A stretch of DNA of 64,000 nucleotides from Monocercomonoides exilis PA203 (taxonomy: Eukaryota > Protista > Preaxostyla), in the NCBI GenBank assembly GCA_001643675.2, contig LSRY02000058.1:124001-188000 (forward strand), written 5' to 3'. The notes under the pieces are model-generated. The model saw only the letters and a list, made by a program, of their open reading frames with translations. It searched no databases and was not told the origin of the DNA. The translations under genes were made by a program, and so were the position numbers. This document shows, one piece after another, positions 52,301 through 64,000 of this stretch. How positions within the stretch are numbered: the first letter of the stretch is position 1; the number at the start of each line of letters is the position of its first letter.

Positions 52301-55300
52301 ACGGCCGAATCTCAATCGCCGGCAGGTCGTCTTCAGTGTTGACTCTGAGCACGCCTTTCATCTTCACTGAGTGCGAAAACGTGGGAAACACCCCGCCAAA
52401 CAGCATAATCCCGTTCATCACACTCAGGCCAACCACAAACACCGCCATCACAATGATAGATGCGATGAACATCCAAAAGTACTTGTTGGGCCTTCCAAAG
52501 GAGAATACTGAGGAAGAAGAAGAGAAAGAAGACTTTGCATCGCTGAAGCTTTTTGAGGTGCTTGACAGTGGAGACAGCAGAGGAGACTTGCGATTACTCG
52601 AAAATGAAGAGGTGCTATTCTTGTTTCTTGTGCTACTACTGCTGCTTCCTCCGTTTGACTGAAATTCCTCTGGCAGCATCCCTTTCGCCTGGTACAGCGT
52701 CGACGAAGCCAGTGACGCAGTGTCTGCGGCAGACAAAGGCGATTTCCTGCTGGAAGAGTCCAGAGAATTCAGATAAACCGAGCCTGACTGAAGCTTTTGA
52801 GACCGGCTTTTGTCCTTTCCACCGCGCTTGGGTGTCTTTCTGTTCGTGCTGGCGTGTGTGGTGGGCCGCAGAAGCGCCGATGACTCGGCTAAATCGTCTG
52901 AGTGCGAGTCATTTGAGTTATTCGAGTCGTCAAGCTCATTTGAGTCTATCCCCCTTCCTTCCTTTCTCTCTTTCTCCTTCTTCTCCCTCTGCCTGCTGCT
53001 ATTGCCATTGCTGTTGCTGTTTCTCATGCTCTCCTTCGCATCCTGCTCCGTCTCCCTCCGCACAATCCCGCTCACATCCACGTTAAACTGCACCTGCGAC
53101 CGCAGCTGCTCCAGCTCTGCCCTGATCATCTCCACTGCGTTCTTCTGCCGCCTCACCTGATAGTGATCTTCCTCTGTTTCCTTCAGCAGCCTTCTCATCT
53201 GCTCCAATATCCCCTCAGCTTCTTCCACTTTGCACTGCACCGTCGCGTCGTAGTGGTCATTCAATGCGCTCAGGCGGTGCACGAAGTCATTTGTCGCCTC
53301 CATCATCTTCTGCCTCTTCTCCTCCATCCCCAGTGAGTCTGCCACTTTGTTCGTGATCGATTCAATGCGGATGGAGACAAGGTCATTCACCATTTTGATC
53401 ATTGATCCTTGGTCGGAGATTGTTGTGTGGCCCACGCTCGTCTGCAAAGGCGTGCCATTCCCTGCTCCTGCGCCTGCCCCAAACTTACCCAGCTTCCCTT
53501 TTTGCTCTTTGCCCCCCGCTCCATCACGCAGTGTGCTTGCAAAGCCAACCCCGTTTCTTCTTCCCCCGTCTCTCATTCCTGAAGCCATTTGTGGGTGTGG
53601 CGGCATTTCCAAACGAACTACGGTGCTGCCACCTCCAGCTCCGTTTGAGGCAGAAGAGCTCTGCATGATCGAAATGGCATCAGAAAACAAGGTTTGAAGA
53701 GAAGAACGAGTGTCTTCGAGTGAAGAGGGGATGTTTGTGCGTCCGAATTTGGCGCGGAGACGAGAAACTGAAGTGATTTATTTATTTTATTTATTATTTA
53801 ATTTTTATAAATAGGAAAGAACGAATATTCAAAAATAATAAATAAAGTCAATTGAAGATAAATAAATGAGCATTATTTTTGAAAAATAGGAAAAAACAAA
53901 CAAAAAAAAAAAAAATAAATCATAAAAGAGATAATAAATCAAAATTATTAAAATAAAATAAAATAAAATAAAATAAAATAAAAATATAAAAAGGCATACA
54001 TTGTGACAGCTTCGATGCTCTATCCCCAACTTTCTCACCAGGCGTGGACTTATCAAACGAATTCTTTGTGGAGTCAACAAACCGCTGAACCGACAGCATT
54101 TGCTCCAATTCTTTTGAAATTGAAGGAGAAAACAAGTTTTCCTCATCTTCATCTTCTTCATCGCTTTCTTCTTCTTCTTCTTCTCCACTTGAATTCGCTT
54201 TATGTTTCAATTCTGACGGAAGAAGAGGGATCTTGACTTTGAATGGCAATGAGATGCTTTCAAGCTTGCGAGTATGAACTGAATAATAATCAAGTTTGAT
54301 TGTTCCAGTGACAATTTTGGGGTTTGTGGAAGTGATTGAAGAAGAAGAAGAAGAAGAAGAAGAAGAAGAAGATGATGATGATGATGATGAATTAATACAA
54401 GGAGAAGAAGAAGAAGAGGCAGAAGAAGAAGAATTATTGCCAATTGAATATGATGAATCCACAATCAGATTTGGAGAAGAAGAAGAAGAAGAAGAAGAAG
54501 CATCAGCTGATGTTGATAGCTCTGTTGAAAGAGGAGTGCGAATCACAACAAAAGGAGAGGCAGAAGTGAATGAAGGGTCATGTACTTCGAATCTGGATGG
54601 AGAAGAAGAAGAGGAAGAAGAAGAGGAAGAGGAAGATTTAGAGGAATCAGATGATGGTGATGATGGTGAGGAAGAGGAAGAAGGCGATGAAGATGCGGCG
54701 GATGGGGATAAAAAAGAGGAAGAAGAAGAAGAAGAAGAAGAAGCTGACTGATCAGAAGAACTTGTCGCATTCTCATAAGAATTCTTCTCTGAGTCGATTT
54801 CATCATTTTCATCTGATGTCGAATCAACAACATTAGCATTAGCATTTGCAGCAGCGGAAGATTCTTTTGGTGTCAATTCAATCAAATCTGGCTCATCATC
54901 ATCGTTTTGAATGACAGAAACGCTATTTTTTGGAGCTTCTTTGGTTTCTGTTTGAATTTTGCTTTGAGAATTCTTTGAAGAAGGAGTTTGTTTGATTGAG
55001 GTTATTTTGAATGAAGATGATTGGGATGAAGAAGATGGAGATGAAATTGGAACAGAAGAAGAAGAGGCAGAGGAAGAGGAAGAAGCAGAAGAAGAAGCAG
55101 ATCCTTCATTCGCATTGTTCTCCTTATTATCTGCTTCATTAACTGAAGAAGAAGAAGAAGATGATGATGAATTCACTTTATTGTTCTGTTGAGCATTTTC
55201 TTGTTCAATTCTCTTCAGCTTCCAGATGACTTTCTGGTTTGTTTCTGGAATCATATTGGGAATAAACACGACAGAGCCGTTTTGCGAAGACTGATGCATT

Positions 55301-56775
55301 GAAATTAGTGAGTCAATCTTGACACGAGAAGAAGAAGAAGGAAATGAAGAAGAAGAAGAAGTTTGAGAAGGATTTTGTTGTTTATCTGATTCATTTTCTC
55401 CATCTTCTTCTGATTTTAAGCTTTTATTGTCAGAGGTTTCTTGTGAATCATCCAACTTTCTAAGAGAAGAAGAATTGACAGCGTAATTAGAAGAGTTGTT
55501 GAGTGTGAGAGTGCATTTGATTCCAGCTGCAGAGACAGAAAGGCAGCGAGAAAGGCAATCAGCAAGATCTTCAGAGAAGTCTGAAATGCAAATAAGGTTG
55601 GGTTTTGAAGTTGATTCGGAATATTATCAATTTATCAATTTATTTATCATCAGAAATAATTGAAAAATAAGGAAAAAAAACAAATGAAAATATTCATAAA
55701 AATCAATGAAAAATTTTATTTTTATTAAAAACTTTCAAACCTGCTTCGTTTTCTATGAAATAATAGCCACCATTTCCGTGCGCTGCCAAAGCACTCAAAA
55801 GAACATCGTCGTGCTTTTGGCCGAACCCAAATGTGTAAACAGACAGGAAATCTCTTGGATATTCACTTAGAAGCTCGTCAACTCGTTCGCTGTGAATTAT
55901 CGCACATTGACATTACAGAACAAAAAAATTTACATAAAAGTTCAAATTTTTTTCAATAAAAATATTAAATTTTTTCAATTTTCAGTCGAATCATTAAAAA
56001 TGCAAATGCAAACTTTAATGATTGAAATGTTGGCTGGATAACAACAGAACGCTGCCCATGAAACATCGTCTGAGGTCTGATGAAAGTATCAACTCCATCA
56101 GTAAATAAAAGAACTATACATGAACGTGCTTCGCGAGTTGAAGTGCTAAAGAAAATTTCAAAATAATAATCAACAGTAAATCAAGTCATGACCCAGCTAC
56201 AAACCTCTTTTTAAATAATTCATCTAACGCAACTTTCATTGCACCCAGAATATCTGTTCCACCTTGTGGAATTTCAAAATCTTTTTGAAGAATTTTTGAT
56301 GCATATTGTTTAGCCCCATCAGTCATTTCTGTTAGTCCAAACAATATGTGTTGCGATGTCCCAAACACAATCATTCCAAATCTATCTGTTTGCTGAAGAG
56401 ATTGGACAGTTGTTTCAACGCACGTTTTTACGCGTGCAAACTTACTTCTATTTGGAAGATACAAACTATTGCTTGTCATACTCTGTAATTTCGTTTGAAA
56501 GGCATACACTTAAAAAGGAAATTTATAAAAATTCGTCAAACTTGAGATGTGTCAACAAGTGCAATAATATCTAATGGAAGCCGGTTAGACATTGACTCTA
56601 AGTTCACTGGTGCATCAATAGATGCACAAAGAAATGCTTGACCAGGTGTAGGGCATGGAAACGTTGAATAAGATAAAGACAAGGCAGATTTATCGCTAGT
56701 TGGATTTTTTAGAGAAGGTGTCGAAAGAAGAAAAGGACTAGATGCTGGTTTTCCAGGAGGTTCATCAAATAACAT
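49329..56775 (-). CDS. vWA-domain membrane protein (~2100 aa, ~10 exons)
   Basis: MIDAS-type LDIIALVDTSQSM, GGTDI, LFTDG, VYTFGFG..HD. In-phase splices at 53999/53768 and 51243/51092 join the Ser-rich, coiled-coil, TM and beta-rich regions. Confidence 0.6.
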
Positions 56776-57017
56776 TATTAGAGTGTTTGATAGAATAATT
56801 AAACCAACTAATGAACAGCTAAACGCACCTTAGTAACTTCTTCATCGCTGTAAATTCAAGTATAACTGCATTCGTAAACAAAAATTTTTTGGCTTATATT
56901 TATTATAATGCACTATTCCGTCTAAAATCCGTGTTTTTAATTTCAATAATTTTGTATTTGAATTGATTTCTTCGAAACAATTTTTTAGCTTGATCCGTCC
57001 CAATTTCACCTGCATCA

Positions 57018-60000
57018 ATGGAGCTAATTTGTGCAAATTGCAGGCTACTGGTCCAAGGAGTAAATATCGAAGCGAAACTTTTGCCTGGTGATGCAAGTTA
57101 TCATTTTATATGCTCGGATTGTCATCCTTCAAGCAAGATAGAATTTGAATTGCTGAAACCAAATTGGTTTGAATTTTAAATATATTTGGAACAGTTTAAT
57201 TTGCAAATGCTTACGTAATAATTAGGATCGAAATTGTCAGAGTTGCAATGTTTAATGTAATCTTACAGCACGAGATCTTTGTTGATCCTTCACAAACACA
57301 TCTGCAAAAGCAATTTGTAAGTATTGATGAAATTCTCGAATTTATTCGCTGTAACTGGGACAGAATCTGTCATTTTCGTCAACGTTTGCTTCACTTTTGC
57401 ACAAAAGATATTATCATTTATCATTGATATTCGTTTATTGTAATAGCATTCAACGCTTGGGAGTTGAACATTCCAATTCAACTTTCTGAAAATCCAGAGT
57501 TGTTCTTTGAATTACCATCAGACATTGCAGATATTAGAGGTGTTTTTTGGACTTTAACGGAAAAAGGAAGAGATGTGCGAAGTAATCTCGTATTTACAAA
57601 TGATGAAAGCAGCTTATATCAGCTGAGAACAGCAAAGGGACAGAAAATTGCAGAAAAAATTCGAAAGCAATTGGAATCAAAAGTCGAGCTAGAAAAAAGC
57701 ACAGTTTGCAAACTGAAGCATTTCATTGTTTTGGTTGAAAATTTATCATTTCATTTCATTTTTTTTTGTGTGTGTGTATGTGTGTGTGTTTTCTTTTTTT
57801 CTCTCTCAGCCAATTCATTCAAAGCCCCAATTCATTCTCCGACCAGAAGATTATCGGTCGCACGACACTTTCATCCGGCAGCCGCTTACAGGTATCACAG
57901 CCAGCTCGCCTTATTCTGATTCTCTGATCCAGCAAACTCATCAGAAATTGGCTGAATGGGAGGAAAGCTTGATCCATGCAATAGACAAAGACGCGAAAAT
58001 GCATTTTTTTCAAAAAGGGCAGGTGAAAATGTCTTCGAAGCAAGGGGTAAATGGAATAGGGAAGAAGAAAAAAAAGAAAAAGAAGAAGAAGATGGAATAT
58101 GTGGGAACAGCTGAAAAGCAGCTAAAGTTGTCATCATCTGAATTGGAAAAAGTGGAAGATGAAATTAAACTTGAACAGGAAGCAGTTCAAAATTCTCCTT
58201 CCTCGTCTCCTTCTCCTTCTCCATCTCCCTCTCCTTCTGCCACTATATCTTCTTCATCGTCTTCTTCTTCCTCTTCCTCCTCTTCTTCTACTTCTTCTTC
58301 TTCACTCTCCTCAATACTTCATCATCTTCACCCCAACTTATTATCAGGAGCCCAATCCAATCCATCTTCTGAACTATCAACACAAAAACCTCCTCTTCCG
58401 TCCAAAAATGACGATGATGATTTTTTGCCATTGATTCTTGTTCCGCCTGCTCTGAAGCTGCTGAAGATGAAGAACAGCCACAAGAATGAGAGTGGCGATG
58501 GAGAGAAAGAAACCGCCACTCAAAATTTGAGTGAAGGTACAAATAAACAAAGGAGAAAGAAGAGAAGAGGGTTTTTTAAGTTTGCACAGCATAAAAGTGG
58601 AGCGAAGAATAAAGTGAAAGAAAAAGAAAAAGAAAAAGAAAAAGAATCTGCAATTAAAGATGAAGAAAAGCAAGAAAATAAAGAAGACGGAGGAGAAGGA
58701 GAAGGAGAAGAAGAAGAACAAAATATCAATGAAAACAACGAAAATAATGAAAACTACGAAAAAAATGACAAAACATCAGAAAATCGCCTTTTTGAAGGAG
58801 CGCTTGTGAAATCCAAGACGAGAGAGTCAATGCCACTTGAAGAAGTGACAATAGCAACTTTGCTTCCTCTTGCACGTTCTCAGCAGATGGCTGAGAATTT
58901 AACAGGGATTGAGAAGGAAGAAAGGAAAAATTTGGTTGAAACAGAGAAAATGGATGAGGAAGTTAAAGACGATGATAATGATAGAGCTGAATTTAATGAA
59001 ATCAAAAATAAAGAAAATATTAGTAATTGTTGTGATTCAATGAAAGATGTTCAATTAGATAGTAACATTGAATCAGTAAGTTATATTAACAGCAAAACTA
59101 CGTCTTTATTATCGCCAACATCTTCTTCTGTTTCTTCTTCTTCTTCTTCAACTAACAAATCCATTTCACCTCTTTCTCCTTCTATTTCACAAGCGAATAA
59201 TTCTCGTTCTTCACTTGCTTTTCTTTTGCCCTCAAATCCAAATCAACTGAAACTCAATGAGTTGCCTCAAAAGACAAATAAGCCAATTTCTTCTGTTCTT
59301 CACATTTCCTTTGAAAGTCGATCAAACAACGATAATAACAATAACATTGATAATGCATCATCACAAGAAGAGAAGATTAAGCTTGTTTTGACTTCTTCAC
59401 AGAAAGAAGAACCAAATTCCAATAAAACTTATGCTTCTTCTTCTTCTTCTTCTGCACTTGCGTATGACAACGAGAATTTATCATTGAACAGAATTAACAC
59501 TTCAAATTCGAATGAATCAACAACCATTTCATACACATCATCATCATCATCATCATTGCAGTCACTTCAACAGCAATCAACAATTTTCTCTTCTTCTTCT
59601 TCTTCCTCTTTATTTTCTTCTCAAACTGCACGTTTCCCTCAACCTTCCATCAACACTCCCTTAACAGCTACACTTCAAAGCCCTTCTGCCAATCTTTCAC
59701 CCACATCATCTCTTCTTCTTTCTTCTTCTTCTACTTCTCCTTCTTCTTCTTCCTCCTCCTCCTCTTCTTCTTCTTCAACTTCTTCACCATTGTCACCATT
59801 AACCTCCACAACAACTTCTTCCTCTTCTTCCTCTTCTTCCTCTCCTAATTCACTTCACAACATTAATGACAACACATCCATATCACTTCCTGCACCCCAC
59901 TTCACATTGTCCTCTCTTCCTTTCTCATCATCCTCCTCTTCTTCTTTCTCTTCTTCTTCCTCCTCCTCTTCCTCTTCTTCCTCCTCTTCAATCACCAACC

Positions 60001-63000
60001 GCACATATCGTATCGGCCCAGCCAGTGACAGTTTTTCCTCTCGTTTCGTGTTCTCTCCATTCGCCAAAGTTGACCCCTGCGGCTCGCGTTTTATGCCTCA
60101 TCTGATCATTCCTGATTCAAAACTGGCGATTCAGAGCGAGAAAAGAGGAGAAGACGACGAAGAAGACATGAAAGTGTGGGAGAGGAAGAAAGACGAGGAG
60201 AAGAAGATAAAGAAGGAGAAGCAGAAGGAGCGGGCATTGGAAGCACTGAAAAACGGGAAAATTTCAGAAATTTCTGCTTTTTCTACTGATTCGTCTATTT
60301 CTTCTGCGTCTGTGCCTTCATTTCCTTCATTTGGTTCATCTTCGCAGCCAGGAGAAGATTCAAAGGATAAACAGAATTCAGAAGATAGCAAAGAAATGAA
60401 TGACAATACAGCAACAAAACAAGGCAAACGCAAACAGTATTCGAAGAAGCTGCAGCTTCTGAATGGAATGCGCCGAGCCAAATCGACAAGAATTTTAGCG
60501 CAAAGTCTGAAGAAAGGCAGCGAAAAGGGAGGAACAGCTGAAAATGAGACGAAAAAAGTGACTCAAATAAGCGAGTCAGCAGAAGATCTTCAAGTGGAAA
60601 TACCTGAGCTGCTTCGTGATGTCATTCCGTATCCTCTGCAGATCAACCCGCTGTGCATTGAACAAACAGGAGAAAACAATCAAACTTCTTCATCTTCATC
60701 GTCATTGGCTGGAAATTCGTCAAGTTCGCTTTCTTCTTCCTCTTCTTCTTTGAGGCAATCAAGTTCTTCCTTTGGCAGCTCCTCTTTATCAGCACTGGCT
60801 GATCAGCAAGCCTCTGCCGCGAGCATTCAAGCCAACAAAATCAACGAGAGAAAAAAGATGTTCAATTTGCTGTATATGCTAATGCACACTGCTATTCCTT
60901 CGCAACTTCCTGTTTCACACTACACAGCAAAGCATTATCCAACCATCTTTCAGAGAAAAGGATGCTCTGAAGAAGGAGAAGGAGGAGGAGAGGAAGAAGA
61001 AGAAGAAGAGATGGAGAAAGAAATAGGAGAACCACCAAAGTATTTGTGGCTGAGAAGACTTGTTGATCCAGGGAATGAAGGAAACAAAGATGAAGAGGAA
61101 GAGGAAGAAAACGAAGAAGAAACAACAAATGATAGTATAGCAGTTCCATTTGGTGGCTATTTAGCAAGTTTCAATAACGAATCAAGCACTAAAAGCAATG
61201 AAATCAATCAACAGAAGTTTCATTTGGCAGATGAAAAGCAGTTTAAAAAACTTCGTTCTGTTAGCGTGAGTGTGTGTGGAAGAGATGGGGTTACAAAAAC
61301 AGTCAAATTGAAGCTTATCAAAGAAGGGAATGAGATTACAGTGTCAAAGGAAGATTTTGAGTGTTTGGTGAGTTTAGATAGTTCGATAACAAAGAAGGAT
61401 ATTTCAGATGCGTTTGAGTGGGCGAAGAGGAAGAAAGAGTGTTTGGATCGGAAGAATAAGAGAGGGAAATGGGAAGAGAAGGAAAGATGTGAAGAAGGAA
61501 CAGGTTTATTGATGAATGCAAGCAAATTAACTGAAAAGAAAGAAGATGAAGATAATAAGAACAAGAAGAATAAAAGCAAAAAAACGAAAAAGGATGAATT
61601 TACTGTGACATATCCAAAGTTGCTTCCAACACATCCATCTTTCATTCCATATCTCTCACACTTCGATAAAATGAATGAAAATAATAGAACCTTGCAAAAA
61701 GATGAACAGTTAAAGAAATCGACTTCTGATGAAGATGAAGAAAATGAAGAGGAAGAATCTGATATTTCTTTGATAAAGCTGAAAGATATTTCAGAAGCAG
61801 AACTGAAAGAATATTTTGCGAAACAACAAGCATGTTTGAATGATGAGAAAGAAAAAGAAAAAGAAATTGACGGTTTAGCTACAACAACCACAACTTCTCC
61901 TTCTTCTGTTAGCAATTTTCTTTCTTCAGTTCCCTCTCAACCATCTTCCTCTCAATCAACTGACATTTACAAAGCGAACTTGCCATTTCCTCTGTCTGAG
62001 CAAAAGTTAGCCATTCCAACAAATATGCAAAGTAATTTCAATGAAGAGCTTCATTCATCTTTGACTGAAATAAAACCAAAAGTTCATGAAAACACCGTTT
62101 CAAGTATAAAAAAAGAAAATTTAAATTCTTTTTCCATCCAAAAAGATTCATTTCTCATTAAAAGGAACCAGAAATTGCCTTCTTTCTTCAACAGTCACAT
62201 TGAGCTTCTTCTCTCTCCAGACAACACAAAAGTCACCTCCCACCCGCTTCTCCAGGAAATCTCCTCATTCCCATCTCTTTTCTCCCTTCTTCCTCTGTCT
62301 GTCCTTGTGAATGTGCCTTCCCCTTCTTTCCTCTTCCCCCAGCCTGTTACATACAGATACCACAGCGCTTCTCAGATGTGTGTGTTCCGGCAGGTCAACT
62401 CGCCTGCTGCACGGCCGCTCGACTTGATTCAGGAAGACTATCATCCAAAGGGACCCTTCAGAGAATGGAACCAGATGAAGTTTGCGAGGTGGCCGACAGA
62501 AGAAGAGAGAGAAGAAGAGGTGAAGCAAAGCAGAAGAGAATGGATGAAGACGATGGCGAAGGAAAAAGTGAAGGGAATTATTGAAATATCAAAACGAGAA
62601 TTGGAGCTGGAGAAGTCGCCTTTTGCTGGAACGAAGATAACAAACAACGAAAATGAACAAAGCTTTAATGCAGTTAATGATAACACTGAAATCGAACAAA
62701 ATTCATCTTCAAGGCTTTCCTTTGAGAAGAATGGTACTCAATTGCATTCTCCATTTAACACATTCAGTGGAAATGCAACCCCAACAATTAAAAGTGTGCT
62801 TGAAGATCCGAAATACTCTTCCTTTGCACACAATCTTGTTCCTGACTCAGATGTTGACATAGATTCCTCCCTTCCAAACACCCTCCAGCAAATCCGTTAT
62901 TTAGCACAACAGAACCAAGGGCACGTCATCGCCCACCGTCCCCCCACTTTCTACCGTGTGGATTCTTCTTTCACTCCAGAACACTGCAACCCGTCGCTCT

Positions 63001-64000
63001 ATCGTCCTGCGCCTTTGCCCGTTGGAGTTGGGATGCCTGTTCTGTTTGACATCCACTCAGAGCAGATGCAGCCACTGAGCAGTTTGGTCGTGGGAACACG
63101 GCACATCCACCCGGGTGTGAGCACGCAGCTGGCGAAAGAATACTTCCACGACTTGTTCAAAGGCGGAGAGTGCTGCAGCTGCAAATACTGCACTTCGGAT
63201 GTGTTTCCAAATATTAGCGGAAATCCGAATATGAATGTGAATGTGAATACGAATGCAAGCACAAACGCCCAGTTGTCTCCTTCTGTGCCTCTGGTGCCTT
63301 CTTCTTTTTCTTTTTCGTCTGCAGGATCGCTGGATGCATCTGCTTCTCACTCTCCACTGGGATCACAGACACCATCATTAACACCAGCAATGACAGTTAC
63401 GCCCACTCCTTTGCATTCTCCTTCATCATCTCCTTCGCTTTTGGCTGCCACATCGTCGTTTTATGAGTCCATAAGCAGAATTTCTACATCTTTTCAGATC
63501 CATTCGAGCACCATTGGTGTCTCAATGCCAGACAGAATGAGCGAGTTGTACAACAAGGCAATCTTTGATAATGTCCCTGCTATTTCGGGGCGAAAGGTAA
63601 GTGAGATAGAAGAGAGAGAAAAGCCATCTTTCTGCTCTTCTTGCTCCTCTTGCTCTCCCTTGCAGCCATCGTCTTCGGTTTCCTTGTTTGATTCACTGTC
63701 TCCTTCCTCTCTTTCGCCTCGATTGTCACAAACTGGGACAAGCCAGCAAAAGACAAACACAGATTCGCTTCTCAGAAAAGCATCATCATCAACTGAGCAG
63801 AATATCCAAAAGCCAGCTGCGAGGTACAATTTAGAAGTCAAGGAATTACTTGAGAATGAGATGCAGCTGATGCAGGTGGAGCAGAAGAATGGCAAAGGAA
63901 TTGATACTCAAAATGAACTTGCATCATCGCCAAAGAGTCGGTTGTCTAAGAATGCAACAGAAATGGAAGTGAAAAGTGGCGAAAGAGAAGATGAAGAGGT
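57018..64000 (+). CDS. Large chromatin-type protein with an N-terminal ASH2L/KAT14-like zinc finger + winged helix (3' end beyond the window)
   Basis: Spliced N-terminus MELICANC..LLPGDASYHFICSDC..W|IEIVRVAMFNV..EFIRCNWDRI..W..NI...LSENPELF. The exon starting at 57810 is open wherever it was checked, up to 64000. Confidence 0.7.

Noticed and set aside
57819-63895. Numerous short ORFs on both strands
   Set aside because: They are shadows of the single long plus-strand exon.

Overview
This is AT-rich, intron-dense eukaryotic DNA using the standard genetic code. The short GT-AG introns, poly-Ser/Glu tracts and GGA/CG..C surface-protein family suggest a metamonad such as the oxymonad Monocercomonoides (inference). 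Conserved genes are MUS81, AP-2 mu, RPT1, SmG, DRG, calmodulin and a YAK1-type DYRK kinase. The window also has several large low-complexity genes, a surface-protein pseudogene and an EF-2 pseudogene. The most striking structure lies at 16.8-26.8 kb: a near-perfect inverted repeat with ~2.1-kb arms and a 93-bp spacer, carrying an outward-facing tRNA-Gln(CTG) in each arm. The left arm alone is interrupted, 5-8 bp upstream of its tRNA, by a 5.7-kb block of three apparently intact DNA-transposon units (pogo DD35D / PIF-Harbinger-like / pogo DD35D). The right arm preserves the empty site. Other observations are recurrent pyrimidine-to-purine skew switches that also affect synonymous sites, a TTGATCAA motif just upstream of start codons, very short head-to-head promoters, a GC-AG intron, and a >2000-codon exon missing from the ORF track. 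All splice models and identities were read by eye.
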